Shown: positions 1 to 8,590 of the stretch, piece by piece
Numbering within the stretch: position 1 is the stretch's first letter
Layout: every line of letters starts with the position of its first letter
Source of the DNA: Candidatus Dojkabacteria bacterium
GTDB taxonomy: Bacteria; Patescibacteriota; Dojkabacteria; SC72
Assembly (NCBI GenBank): GCA_035271645.1
Contig: DATERJ010000012.1
Location: 93,551 to 157,550, forward strand
Direction: 5' to 3'
Length of the DNA: 64,000 nucleotides
The notes under the pieces: generated by a model
What the model saw: the letters and a program-made list of their open reading frames with translations, nothing else
Databases searched by the model: none
What the model was told of the DNA's origin: nothing
Position numbers and translations under genes: made by a program

Positions 1-504
1 TTTAGGGAAGTAATCTTCAGATAGTGGATATGCAATTAAAATCTTTTCAGCATATTTACCAACAATTTTGTTTGAAAGCCCTACTGCAGCTGTTTGTTCA
101 TGGAGATAGATTTTTGCTTTAAAGAAGAATTTCCCAATTAAGCAAACAGGAACAGTTACGAAGCCTCCCGTGGAGATAATTATGTCAGGTTTGTATTTAC
201 TTAATATTTTGTATGAGTCTACAAAACCTAAAATGGTTCTTAGAAGTAGGTAGATTCCTCTTAAGCTAAATCTTCTCTGTAGCTTTCCTCCTCGAATATA
301 TCTTTGATTTATCCTCTCTTTCTTCATCACTTTCATATCTAATGATGAACCAGGTTTTTCTCCTACCATTCCTAAATCACTTCCAATGTAGAGGAGGTTG
401 TCGCTTGTGATTCGAAATCTCTCTTTAATTTCATCAATAATGGCTTTAGCAGCAGAAATATGTCCCCCAGAACCACCTCCTGTTATAATGATTTTCTTCT
501 TCAA
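1..504 (-). CDS. murG: MurG glycosyltransferase, 5' part (truncated by window edge)
   Basis: Own translation from TTG at 504: KKKIIITGGGSGGHI... and downstream STGGFVTVP; directly follows ftsW. Confidence 0.9.
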   Translation of the reverse strand, partial: MKKKIIITGGGSGGHISAAKAIIDEIKERFRITSDNLLYIGSDLGMVGEKPGSSLDMKVMKKERINQRYIRGGKLQRRFSLRGIYLLLRTILGFVDSYKILSKYKPDIIISTGGFVTVPVCLIGKFFFKAKIYLHEQTAAVGLSNKIVGKYAEKILIAYPLSEDYFPK

Positions 505-514
505 TTCTTCCCTT

Positions 515-1714
515 TTACTCTGCATTCTTACTTGTCGAATATTTACTAATGTTTAATAGTATACCAATTCCCACTAGTGTAGTGACAGTACCAGAGCCAC
601 CATAGCTAAGAAGTGGTGCTGGTATTCCTGTGAGTGGTATGAGTCCTACATTGGCAGCCATATTAAGAAGTGCTTGTACTGTCAACCATGTTGATATACC
701 AATAGCGAGGAGTTTACCAGCTTTGTCTGGTGCACTATTAGCAATCTTTATCCCTCTTAAGAAGAACAAGACCCATGTAATTATTAAAATTACTCCACCC
801 AAGAATCCTAGCTCTTCTAAAATGACTGCGAAGATAGAGTCTGTGAATGCTGTACTTTCTACCAAATACCCAAATCTCTGTCTTGATTGCCCAAAACCTT
901 TACCAAAGAAGCCACCAGATCCAATTCCAATTAATATCTGATGTATTTGGTATCCTGCACCTCTAGGATCAGAAACCTCACCGTTTAGGAGAAGATGTAT
1001 GTATGTCTTGATTCTTTCTAATCTATACGGTGCTAATATTGCGGCAATTAAACCTAGTGGTGTGAAAAGAGCAAGAAGACTAAGTATTGAATATTTAGCA
1101 TGATCTTTGTGATTCTTTGCAACAAAGAACATGGCGAATGCAGTAAAGGCAATGATAGCTGTAGTTCCTAGGTCGGGTTCGAGTATGATTAAAACAGCTA
1201 CTAGTCCCAATATCACAAAAAAGCTAATTAGTACCTTCAAGAAATTACCTTTCAAATCTACTTTTACTTCATCTTTGAAGTATGAGGCTTTTGACATCCA
1301 ACTTGAGAAGTAGAGAACTATTGCGAGTTTTGCAAATTCTGCAGGTTGGAAGTTGCCAAATCCTGGTAATGTAAACCACCTTTTTGCACCATTGATATCT
1401 TCTCCTAGAGCAAGGACTAAAACTAACAAGATAATGACAACAATTAATATAGGTAATGAGAGTTTAAGAAGTTTTCTGTAATCCCAGAAGTACATAAGTG
1501 TTGCTAAAAGTCCTCCGATGATTAACCACCCTATCTGTGATTTTAGGAAGTAAAACGGGTCTCCGAAGATTTCATTTGCTTTAAACACACTTGCATCAAA
1601 AATCATGATGGCTCCAAATATTGCCATTATGATAAAGAAAGTGAGTATTACCTTGTCAGGTGAATACTTTTGTTTAATTCTTTTCTTCTTGGGTTGTTTT
1701 GGGTCTCTCGACAT
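515..1714 (-). CDS. ftsW: SEDS peptidoglycan glycosyltransferase FtsW
   Basis: GAKRW, FQPAEFAK, EPDLGT, TDSIFAVILEELG, LSYGGS motifs; upstream of murG. Confidence 0.93.
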   Translation of the reverse strand: MSRDPKQPKKKRIKQKYSPDKVILTFFIIMAIFGAIMIFDASVFKANEIFGDPFYFLKSQIGWLIIGGLLATLMYFWDYRKLLKLSLPILIVVIILLVLVLALGEDINGAKRWFTLPGFGNFQPAEFAKLAIVLYFSSWMSKASYFKDEVKVDLKGNFLKVLISFFVILGLVAVLIILEPDLGTTAIIAFTAFAMFFVAKNHKDHAKYSILSLLALFTPLGLIAAILAPYRLERIKTYIHLLLNGEVSDPRGAGYQIHQILIGIGSGGFFGKGFGQSRQRFGYLVESTAFTDSIFAVILEELGFLGGVILIITWVLFFLRGIKIANSAPDKAGKLLAIGISTWLTVQALLNMAANVGLIPLTGIPAPLLSYGGSGTVTTLVGIGILLNISKYSTSKNAE

Positions 1715-1744
1715 ATGTTAATTATTAATATACTATATATACTA

Positions 1745-2344
1745 ATGAATATGAAGAATCTACTTTTTGTTGTAGGTGGTCCCGGTAGTAGTGGTTCATC
1801 TACAATTGCTAAAATGTTAGCTGAGTATTTTAATGTAGAAAGGGTGTATTCGGGGGCTGTTTTTAGAGAGGTTGTTGCATCTCAGGGGTATAAAACTTTG
1901 GATGACTTCTACATTGCAAACAAGGATAACAAAGAGAAGTTTTTTGAGATTGATAGGAAGGTCGACTCTTTTATGTTAGAGAGAGCAAAGGAAGGTAATG
2001 CTTTGATGGATTCAAAGGCTTTTGCAGGTTTGGCCACGATAAATGGGATTTCTTGTACTGCAAAGATATGGTTGGAAGCAAATATTGATACTAGGATAAA
2101 GAGGTTTTTGGGTAAGCAAGAGAATTTAACACCACTTAAAAAAGTATTTCTCTACATTAAGACATTTTTTGATTTGACTAGGAGGAGAAAAGCAGATGGT
2201 AAGAGGTTCAAGGAGTTGTATGGGATAGAATATGGTAATCCAGAGTTGTATAATGATATTGTGTTGGATACTAGTGATATTGGTGTGAAAGAAACATTTG
2301 ATTTAATTTTATCTAAGCTTAAAGATGGAGAATACATCAGTTGA
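1745..2344 (+). CDS. cmk: Cytidylate kinase, archaeal-type
   Basis: GGPGSSGSST P-loop, SGAVFR, EIDRKVD, RFKELYGI..YNDIVLDTS; ATG 1745/1751 more plausible than 1670. Confidence 0.75.
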   Translation: MNMKNLLFVVGGPGSSGSSTIAKMLAEYFNVERVYSGAVFREVVASQGYKTLDDFYIANKDNKEKFFEIDRKVDSFMLERAKEGNALMDSKAFAGLATINGISCTAKIWLEANIDTRIKRFLGKQENLTPLKKVFLYIKTFFDLTRRRKADGKRFKELYGIEYGNPELYNDIVLDTSDIGVKETFDLILSKLKDGEYIS

Positions 2345-2552
2345 AAATATACAAACCCCACCTATTCCACCAAGTGGTGTGCCAATTGAATTTTCTAAAG
2401 AGAATCCAAATCCTGTTAATGAAGATTTAGATAGTATGTGGTTGAGATGGAAGTGTTTGGTTTGTGGTTATGTTCATGAGGGTGCTATACCACTTAAGGT
2501 TTGTCCAAAGTGTGGGAATAGTAATCCTGATAAGTTTGATGATGCTGAATAA
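2325..2552 (+). CDS. Small rubredoxin-like metal-binding protein
   Basis: WKCLVCGYVHEG..CPKCG. Confidence 0.75.
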   Translation: MENTSVENIQTPPIPPSGVPIEFSKENPNPVNEDLDSMWLRWKCLVCGYVHEGAIPLKVCPKCGNSNPDKFDDAE

Positions 2553-2579
2553 TTGTTAGGTTTGTAGTTTTTAGGGAAT

Positions 2580-2932
2580 ATGAGGAGAGAGAGAATGCAG
2601 GGGGTGTTGTTACATAGCAAGGCGGTTGTAAACCGGCAGGCAGCTTGCACAAACCCACTTTTTACCGCAAACCTCTCTCCTTTTTGTTCTAAAATTATAT
2701 GTATATAATTTTAGATAGGACCATCTCGGATTCTGTTTCCGTTCATTGTACCTCCATACAATGTTTTTGTTTCTCCACAAACGTGTTTGTGAAGTTGATT
2801 TACAAGGAGAGCAGCCGAGCAGGCATGAAGCCTGATGTCGTGTACGCGGTGCTTCCCTGTTGTTAACTTTTCAGATCTAGTCAGAATCGAGATGACTAGT
2901 TCTTTTTTTAAGAGCTAGGATTTTATTATCCT
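2580..2932 (-). ncRNA. Putative structured non-coding RNA 1 (unknown family)
   Basis: Downstream of perfect sigma70 promoter; no long ORF; many hairpins; GC-richer than flanks; closing stem 2584-2680. Confidence 0.5.
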
Positions 2933-2938
2933 ACATAC

Positions 2939-2979
2939 ATTATATAATATTCTTTGAGAAATGTCAATACTATGGGTTG
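2939..2979 (-). promoter_or_regulatory. Consensus sigma70 promoter TTGACA-17-TATAAT with upstream AACCCATAG motif
   Basis: -35 at 2962-2967, -10 at 2939-2944, motif at 2970-2979. Confidence 0.8.
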
Positions 2980-3064
2980 GGACTTGTAAAGTCCACATTA
3001 CAACTGATTAATTTGGTTATAATAGAGAATACAAGTGATAATAAAGTTTTAGTTTTTAAGGAAA

Positions 3065-3367
3065 TAAGGGTGAGAGGGGCGAGTGCAAACAAATGGGTTT
3101 GTTAACCACTAATGTGGCAACTCGTTGAAGTCCCCTCCCACCAAGCTCTTATTAAGAGTCGTTATCTGCCAATAAGCAGAATAAAATTCCGATTGCAAAG
3201 TAAAGACAGGAGTCACAAGCACCTAGATGATGCAGGACTTCAGTCTATGCCTCACTTAAAAAAATGTAAAGTGGGCACAAGAGCCACAAAACCAATATGG
3301 TTTGGGTCAAAGACGTCTCACGATGTCGGAAAAGTGACACTTTTTAAGAGCTAGGATATATTATCCT
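3065..3367 (-). ncRNA. Putative structured non-coding RNA 2 (unknown family)
   Basis: Downstream of second perfect promoter; serial hairpins; terminal stem GGTGGGAGGGG/CCCCTCTCACC at 3069-3142. Confidence 0.5.
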
Positions 3368-3373
3368 ACACAC

Positions 3374-3415
3374 ATTATATAATATTCTTTGAGAAATGTC
3401 AACACACTATGGGTT
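3374..3415 (-). promoter_or_regulatory. Consensus sigma70 promoter TTGACA-17-TATAAT with upstream AACCCATAG motif
   Basis: -35 at 3397-3402, -10 at 3374-3379, motif at 3407-3415. Confidence 0.8.
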
Positions 3416-3420
3416 AAGGC

Positions 3421-4254
3421 TTACAGTCTAGATCCTTTATACTTAAACAACACGGATGGTCTATGTCCCCCTCCTGTTTTCATATTCTTTGTTTTTGTGA
3501 CTTTATTTTTAATAATTCTTCTAAAGGCAGCATCTAATAACTTCTTACCTAATATCACTTCATAGACTTGTTGTAATTCCCCTAGTGTAAATAACTCAGG
3601 CATCATATTAAAAACAATATCAGTATACTCTATCTTGTTTTTTAATCTTTCAATTCCAAGAGCAATTATAGAAGCGTGATCAAAAGCAAGATACTTGTTT
3701 TCGACAGCATCATACTGATACTTCTCTGTGGTATGTTGGATTAAACGTTTTTCTACAGTAAAGCTAATCTGTTCCTTATCACTTTTTAATTTAATATCAA
3801 TATATTGTCCTCTTTCCTTTATTGTAATATCAAACCAAGCAGCATTAGAAGGCAATTTGTCACTAAGTAGATTTTTATCTATTAATGACATATATGCAAC
3901 ACTTAAAACTCTCATTCTAGGGTCTCTATTAACCTCTCCCATTGTATATAACTGTTCTGTATATATATCATGGAGATTTGCTTCATCTGCCAACACTCTT
4001 TCTACAGCATCTTCTATTGTTTCTTTAACATCAATAAAGCCTCCAGGTAAACACCATTTATCCTTAAAGGGATGAGTATTTCTCTTAACTAGAAGAACGG
4101 AGAAATTCTTTTTGTTAAGCTTTCTATAGTTTGTTGTAGGTGTGTCTGAAACACTAAAAATCAGTATATCAACAGTAGCGGATAAGCGTTCATATTTGCT
4201 AGGATCATAGTGTTTTAGAAACTCCTTTTCTGATTTATATTGTTTTTCTTTCAT
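3421..4254 (-). CDS. nrtR: NrtR-family regulator (Nudix + winged helix)
   Basis: WCLPGGF, RDPRMRVLSVAY, LAFDH, FTLGELQQVYEVILG, FRR; sits in NAD operon. Confidence 0.88.
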   Translation of the reverse strand: MKEKQYKSEKEFLKHYDPSKYERLSATVDILIFSVSDTPTTNYRKLNKKNFSVLLVKRNTHPFKDKWCLPGGFIDVKETIEDAVERVLADEANLHDIYTEQLYTMGEVNRDPRMRVLSVAYMSLIDKNLLSDKLPSNAAWFDITIKERGQYIDIKLKSDKEQISFTVEKRLIQHTTEKYQYDAVENKYLAFDHASIIALGIERLKNKIEYTDIVFNMMPELFTLGELQQVYEVILGKKLLDAAFRRIIKNKVTKTKNMKTGGGHRPSVLFKYKGSRL

Positions 4255-4828
4255 AAAGCTGTTTCTCTCTAATATATTTTAGTATATTTTCATCTAAATG
4301 TCTTTTTAAAATCTTACTATCATCTTTTTTTAATAATTCTTTACGTATAATTGTTGAAGAAATGTTGTAGTTATAGTTGGGTGTTACTAAGGTAATCTTT
4401 TTTTCATACTCTTTCAATTCTTCTGGAAAGAAGAAAGGTTCTCTTTTGATGACAATGAGTGGGTAATTTTCTAATATATACCTATACTCTCTCCATGTTG
4501 TGAAATTTTCAAGGTTGTCACTACCACATATTAGATAGATATCATCAGAAGGATAAAGAGATTGAAAATGGTCTAAGGTTTGGTATGCATATACCAATTC
4601 TTTATTTTGCTCGAAGTTGGAAACAGAAATGTTTTCTTCATCTTCGGTCATAATCTGTAACATTTTATACCTATGTTTGTTAGGTACTAAATCATTTTTG
4701 TCGTACCTATCTCCAGTTGGGACAAAGATAACATTGTCAACGTAGCCTCCGTTTACAATGTTTTTCGCTATTTGATAGTGTGCCTTGTGTGGTGGATTAA
4801 AAGATCCTCCAAATATTCCAATTCTCAT
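4235..4828 (-). CDS. nadD: Nicotinate-nucleotide adenylyltransferase
   Basis: GGSFNPPHKAH, GSDN..W, ISSTIIR. Confidence 0.93.
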   Translation of the reverse strand: MRIGIFGGSFNPPHKAHYQIAKNIVNGGYVDNVIFVPTGDRYDKNDLVPNKHRYKMLQIMTEDEENISVSNFEQNKELVYAYQTLDHFQSLYPSDDIYLICGSDNLENFTTWREYRYILENYPLIVIKREPFFFPEELKEYEKKITLVTPNYNYNISSTIIRKELLKKDDSKILKRHLDENILKYIREKQLYERKTI

Positions 4829-5587
4829 CTACCTTCTGTATGTTGGTATACTGAATTTATGTTGTGAGTTCTCATGCATTTTCTTAATCTTCTCTCTAGC
4901 ATCTTTTGACACCTTGTTAGGGTCTTCCATGTAATCAGCAACTTGGTTGTAGTTTATTCCTAACTTCTCTTCATCTGTTTTGCCGGAGAGGCCATCATCT
5001 GGGGTTTTGTAAAGGCAAGCCTTTGGTACCTTTAGATATTCTCCAATCTTAATGACTTCTTCTACTGTATAGTCTGCAATTGTTGCCATGTCACTTGCAC
5101 CATCACCCCATTTTGTAAAGTAGCCAATAAATATTTCGCACTTGTTTGATGTTCCAGCAACGATATGTTGTTTTCCTGTTTTTGCAGTCATATATGCTGC
5201 GATGTAGTAAAGGGTAGCCATTCTCATTCGTGGTTTTACATTGATATCTGCATTAAGCATATATTTTTCATCTTCCCCTACTACCTTTGTGACTTCTTTT
5301 TTAAATGTATCGTATGTTTCTGTAAGTTCAAAGGAGAGTAAATCTACACCATAGTAGTCGGCAACTTCTTGAGCATCTTTCATATCTTGAGATCTAGAAT
5401 GGCAAGGCATCCATACACCAACAACATTCTCCTTGCCAAGTGCTTTAACAAGAAGTCCTAGTACTATTCCACTATCCTTTCCTCCGCTAACTCCAATGAC
5501 TACTCCACCAAGATTATATTTTTTGAAGTGATTTCTGATGAACCGTACTATGTTTTTAGTTTCCTTCTCTGCATCAAACTCTTTCAT
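4829..5587 (-). CDS. nadE: NH3-dependent NAD+ synthetase
   Basis: GVSGGKDS, NVKPRMRM, GTSNKCE, FTKWGDG, TDEEKLG. Confidence 0.93.
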   Translation of the reverse strand: MKEFDAEKETKNIVRFIRNHFKKYNLGGVVIGVSGGKDSGIVLGLLVKALGKENVVGVWMPCHSRSQDMKDAQEVADYYGVDLLSFELTETYDTFKKEVTKVVGEDEKYMLNADINVKPRMRMATLYYIAAYMTAKTGKQHIVAGTSNKCEIFIGYFTKWGDGASDMATIADYTVEEVIKIGEYLKVPKACLYKTPDDGLSGKTDEEKLGINYNQVADYMEDPNKVSKDAREKIKKMHENSQHKFSIPTYRR

Positions 5588-5615
5588 TTCATTCTTTTGT
5601 TAATTTAATAAGTTA

Positions 5616-6266
5616 TTAACTAAGAGGGTATGACTCTTCCCATTCGTTGTCAATATCTGTTTCTTGCTTATACTCCGGAACGACTATTACTCCTGCTCCC
5701 TTCATCCATTCTAATGCTTCATGGCTTCTTTCCTCTCTGTTTTTACCATTTACCTCGCCACGGAATGTGTCAACAGCATTTTCTGGAACAATGAGTTTTG
5801 TTTCACTTTTCCTCTCATCTAAATAGTCTTGAAGTGATAATGCTAGGTGTAAAACACAGATATCTGTGCAACAACCGACAATTACAATTTCATCTAGATT
5901 ACTTTCTATTTTTTGTAATTCTTTGCAAAATTCATCACTTTCCATAGCGTTTGTTGAGTCTTTTTTACATATAGTTGCTTCTCCACGCTCTACATATCCC
6001 TTTAACGCATCAATAGGTTCTGCTTCTTCAGTCTTATCGAGACAATGGACAGGATAATTTTTAAACTCTTCGCTATTCTCATTATGTGCATCATTAGCGT
6101 AGATAACACGACCCCCTGCTGTTAAGAATTTGTCTATGAGCTGAGTGATTGCAGGTACTATTTGACCAATATTTGGGTCTGCAAGTGCACCTTTTTCGAC
6201 AAAACCCTTATTCATATCTACTACAACTAGTAGTTTTCGATATTGGTTTAAATCTTTGTTTTTCAT
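5616..6266 (-). CDS. pncA: Nicotinamidase (isochorismatase family)
   Basis: VVDM..GF, DAH, PVHC, GCCTDICV; NAD context. Confidence 0.82.
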   Translation of the reverse strand: MKNKDLNQYRKLLVVVDMNKGFVEKGALADPNIGQIVPAITQLIDKFLTAGGRVIYANDAHNENSEEFKNYPVHCLDKTEEAEPIDALKGYVERGEATICKKDSTNAMESDEFCKELQKIESNLDEIVIVGCCTDICVLHLALSLQDYLDERKSETKLIVPENAVDTFRGEVNGKNREERSHEALEWMKGAGVIVVPEYKQETDIDNEWEESYPLS

Positions 6267-6299
6267 TTAATGTGAATAATAATTTATTTTGATATTAAC

Positions 6300-6328
6300 A
6301 TTATGACAAAAACAGGGCTTTTTGTCAA
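6300..6328 (-). promoter_or_regulatory. pncA-nadE-nadD-nrtR promoter TTGACA-17-CATAAT overlapped by 9-6-9 palindrome (candidate operator)
   Basis: TGACAAAAA-cagggc-TTTTTGTCA at 6304-6327. Confidence 0.6.
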
Positions 6329-6349
6329 GGGGTTGTCTATATTTATGAA

Positions 6350-6427
6350 AAAAGCACCACTTGAGGTTGGTTTAAGATATTAGAATGTACATTGTTGTAC
6401 ATATATCTTACCTCTTGTGGTGCTTTT
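6350..6427 (-). terminator. Long irregular hairpin + U tract after pncB
   Basis: AAAAGCACCAC...GTGGTGCTTTT with inner stems. Confidence 0.6.
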
Positions 6428-6441
6428 CCGTTCCTTATTGT

Positions 6442-7887
6442 TTAGCAGTATTGAACGCCTCTTTGTTCAAAGATCATTCGATTCCTCATATCTGCCAGTT
6501 TGACAGAAAGGTCAACGTAGTAGCCATGCGGATTGTCTAAACGTATGACTTCTGGATAGAGAGTTTGAAATTCTCTTGAACAATAATCCTGGCTCTCTTC
6601 GAGTGATGGGACATTGTAAACTAACTCTCCCTTTTGGAAAATTGGAACTTGAAGTTCTTTCAATATATAATTCGACAGATCTTTGTATTTCCAAGGATGA
6701 TTATGGTCTACTAACCTATACTGGTCGGTAGGAATTACCTCATCTGCTAAGGCAACTAAGTCGCCAAGAGCAAAGCGAGTATCCTTATCGTAGAAACGAT
6801 ATACCTTCTTAAACCCTGGTGTGGTAGTCTTTGTATTGTCTTCGCTCACTTTGATTGTAGGAATGATTAAACGGCCCTTTTTTATTGCAGCAAGCTTGTA
6901 GACACCTCCAAAAACGGGGGTTCTTTTTGAAGTGATGAGGTTTTCACCAACTCCAAAGGAATCGATGGGTGCTCCCTGTGCAAGCAGACTTTGGATAGTG
7001 TACTCATCCAAGGAATTGGATGCTACAATTTTGCAGTCTTGTAATCCTGCCTCATCAAGCATTTTTCTTGCTTGCTTGGCAAGGTAGGCTAAGTCCCCAC
7101 TATCCAAACGAATACCCTTCAATCTTTGACCTAGAGGTTCAAGATATTCCTTTGCTACTCTTATAGCATTAGGTACTCCACTTCTTAGTGTGTCGTATGT
7201 ATCTACGAGTAGCACAGTATTGTGTGGAAACTCTCTTGCATATGCAATGAAAGCTTCATATTCAGTATCAAATTGGGTTACGAGACTATGTGCCATAGTT
7301 CCAAGTAGTGGAACATTGTACTCTAACCCTGTTCCATAGCACGATGTGCCAGCGCACCCTGCCATGTAAGCATATTTCGCGCCGTTGATAGCTGCTGTTA
7401 GTCCTTGTGCTCTTCGAGCTCCGAACTCCATTACTGATCTTCCTGCTGCGGCATGGACAATTCTTTTTGCCTTGGTAGCAATCATTGACCCATGATTGAA
7501 GCGATTCAATATGTCTGTCTCAATGATTTTTGCTTCAATTGCTGGAGCCCATACTGTTATTACAGGCTCGTTTGGGAAAATGGGTGTACCATCTGGAATG
7601 GCATACACATCTCCAGTAAACTTGAATGTTCTTAAATATTCTAAGAACTCTTTTTTCAAGTCACTATTCTTGCTCAGGTAGTCTATTTCTTCCTTAGAGA
7701 ATGACAGGTTCTGAATGTAATCGATGATTTCATTTAAACCTGCACTTATAGAGTACCCCTTCTGTTCTGCTCCTTCTCGTCTATCGTTTCTGAAATAGAC
7801 ATCAAAGCATTGCCATAGGTTTTTGAAGCCGTGAAAGTAATCAACCTGAGCCATTGTTAGCTCATAAAAATCTACAACTTTTTTCAT
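6442..7887 (-). CDS. pncB: Nicotinate phosphoribosyltransferase
   Basis: DFYELTM, EFGARRAQ, GTMAHS, LVDTYD, GIRLDSGDL, FGVG, GGVYKL. Confidence 0.95.
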   Translation of the reverse strand: MKKVVDFYELTMAQVDYFHGFKNLWQCFDVYFRNDRREGAEQKGYSISAGLNEIIDYIQNLSFSKEEIDYLSKNSDLKKEFLEYLRTFKFTGDVYAIPDGTPIFPNEPVITVWAPAIEAKIIETDILNRFNHGSMIATKAKRIVHAAAGRSVMEFGARRAQGLTAAINGAKYAYMAGCAGTSCYGTGLEYNVPLLGTMAHSLVTQFDTEYEAFIAYAREFPHNTVLLVDTYDTLRSGVPNAIRVAKEYLEPLGQRLKGIRLDSGDLAYLAKQARKMLDEAGLQDCKIVASNSLDEYTIQSLLAQGAPIDSFGVGENLITSKRTPVFGGVYKLAAIKKGRLIIPTIKVSEDNTKTTTPGFKKVYRFYDKDTRFALGDLVALADEVIPTDQYRLVDHNHPWKYKDLSNYILKELQVPIFQKGELVYNVPSLEESQDYCSREFQTLYPEVIRLDNPHGYYVDLSVKLADMRNRMIFEQRGVQYC

Positions 7888-7932
7888 TATGTTTCTCCTT
7901 TACTACTTGACTATTTCTATATATTTTTCTAA

Positions 7933-8025
7933 TTTTTAAAGAACAATAAGGAACGATGTGTAAATTCACTAAGTGATATATTTACACATGCATTATATCA
8001 GAAACCCACCACATATGCTATAGGG
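7933..8025 (-). promoter_or_regulatory. pncB expression module: CCTATAG-20-TATAAT, leader hairpin, boxA-like TGTTCTTTAAAAA
   Basis: motif 8018-8025, -10 7992-7997 with extended TG, hairpin 7956-7989, boxA-like 7933-7945. Confidence 0.6.
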
Positions 8026-8590
8026 TTTGTGCTTCTAGATATTTTAATGCCTTTTTTAAAATAACTTCCCTGTTTTTCGATGTGTCAAAAAATTTTATAT
8101 TTAAATCTTTACACTCTTTTTCTAAAACTTTGCTGAACTTAATGTTCGAAACCACAATCTTTCTTAGCTTATCTTTACTTAAACCATAGGACCAGGAACA
8201 TTTGGGGTCATGTTTTTGAATTAATTCTATCTTCTTCTCTGTGGTTATATTGGGATAACCAAGGAATATTACTATAGTGTCTTTATTGTTTAGATTTGCA
8301 ACATCTCGAGGGTATAATGTCGGAATATCAAATATGTAAAAATGTTTGTTGATATTAGAGTTGTTTGACCCTGTGATGCTGTTCATAAGCTTTACCAATT
8401 TAGGGCTTGCCTGAGGCCATCTTTTCCCACTAGTTTTGACGAAGTTATTAAATATCCCTCTTTTTATACTATCCATAGGTATGTAATTGTAGTAGGATTT
8501 CTTTTTTCGTATCATGGAAGCTAAGGTGGTTTTACCAGACCTACTAGTTCCTGCAATTATGATATGTTTTTTCTTTTTAGCTTTATTCAT
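8018..8590 (-). CDS. P-loop NTPase, nucleotide-kinase-like
   Basis: IIIAGTSRSGKTT Walker A, C-terminal FFDTS; 190 aa NMP-kinase size. Confidence 0.65.
   Translation of the reverse strand: MNKAKKKKHIIIAGTSRSGKTTLASMIRKKKSYYNYIPMDSIKRGIFNNFVKTSGKRWPQASPKLVKLMNSITGSNNSNINKHFYIFDIPTLYPRDVANLNNKDTIVIFLGYPNITTEKKIELIQKHDPKCSWSYGLSKDKLRKIVVSNIKFSKVLEKECKDLNIKFFDTSKNREVILKKALKYLEAQTL

Larger units (their letters stand above)
2905..3415. repeat. ~75-bp direct repeat (2905-2978 and 3341-3415) containing promoter, small hairpin and boxA-like sequence
   Basis: Near-identical TTTTTAAGAGCTAGGAT..ATCCTACA.ACATTATATAATATTCTTTGAGAAATGTCAA..CTATGGGTT. Confidence 0.92.

Noticed and set aside
2711-2746. 11-aa peptide MNGNRIRDGPI after GGAGGT in RNA1
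   Set aside because: SD-ATG spacing only 3 nt and the start is buried in a hairpin; unsupported
3112-3354. 80-aa + strand ORF
   Set aside because: No RBS or recognisable product; antisense to a strongly promoted structured region
2580-3367. tmRNA, RNase P RNA or SRP RNA
   Set aside because: No tRNA-like ends, no GAGGAAAGUCC, no SRP GGAA-loop/AGCAG pairing in a proper context; 6S cannot be excluded without a covariance search
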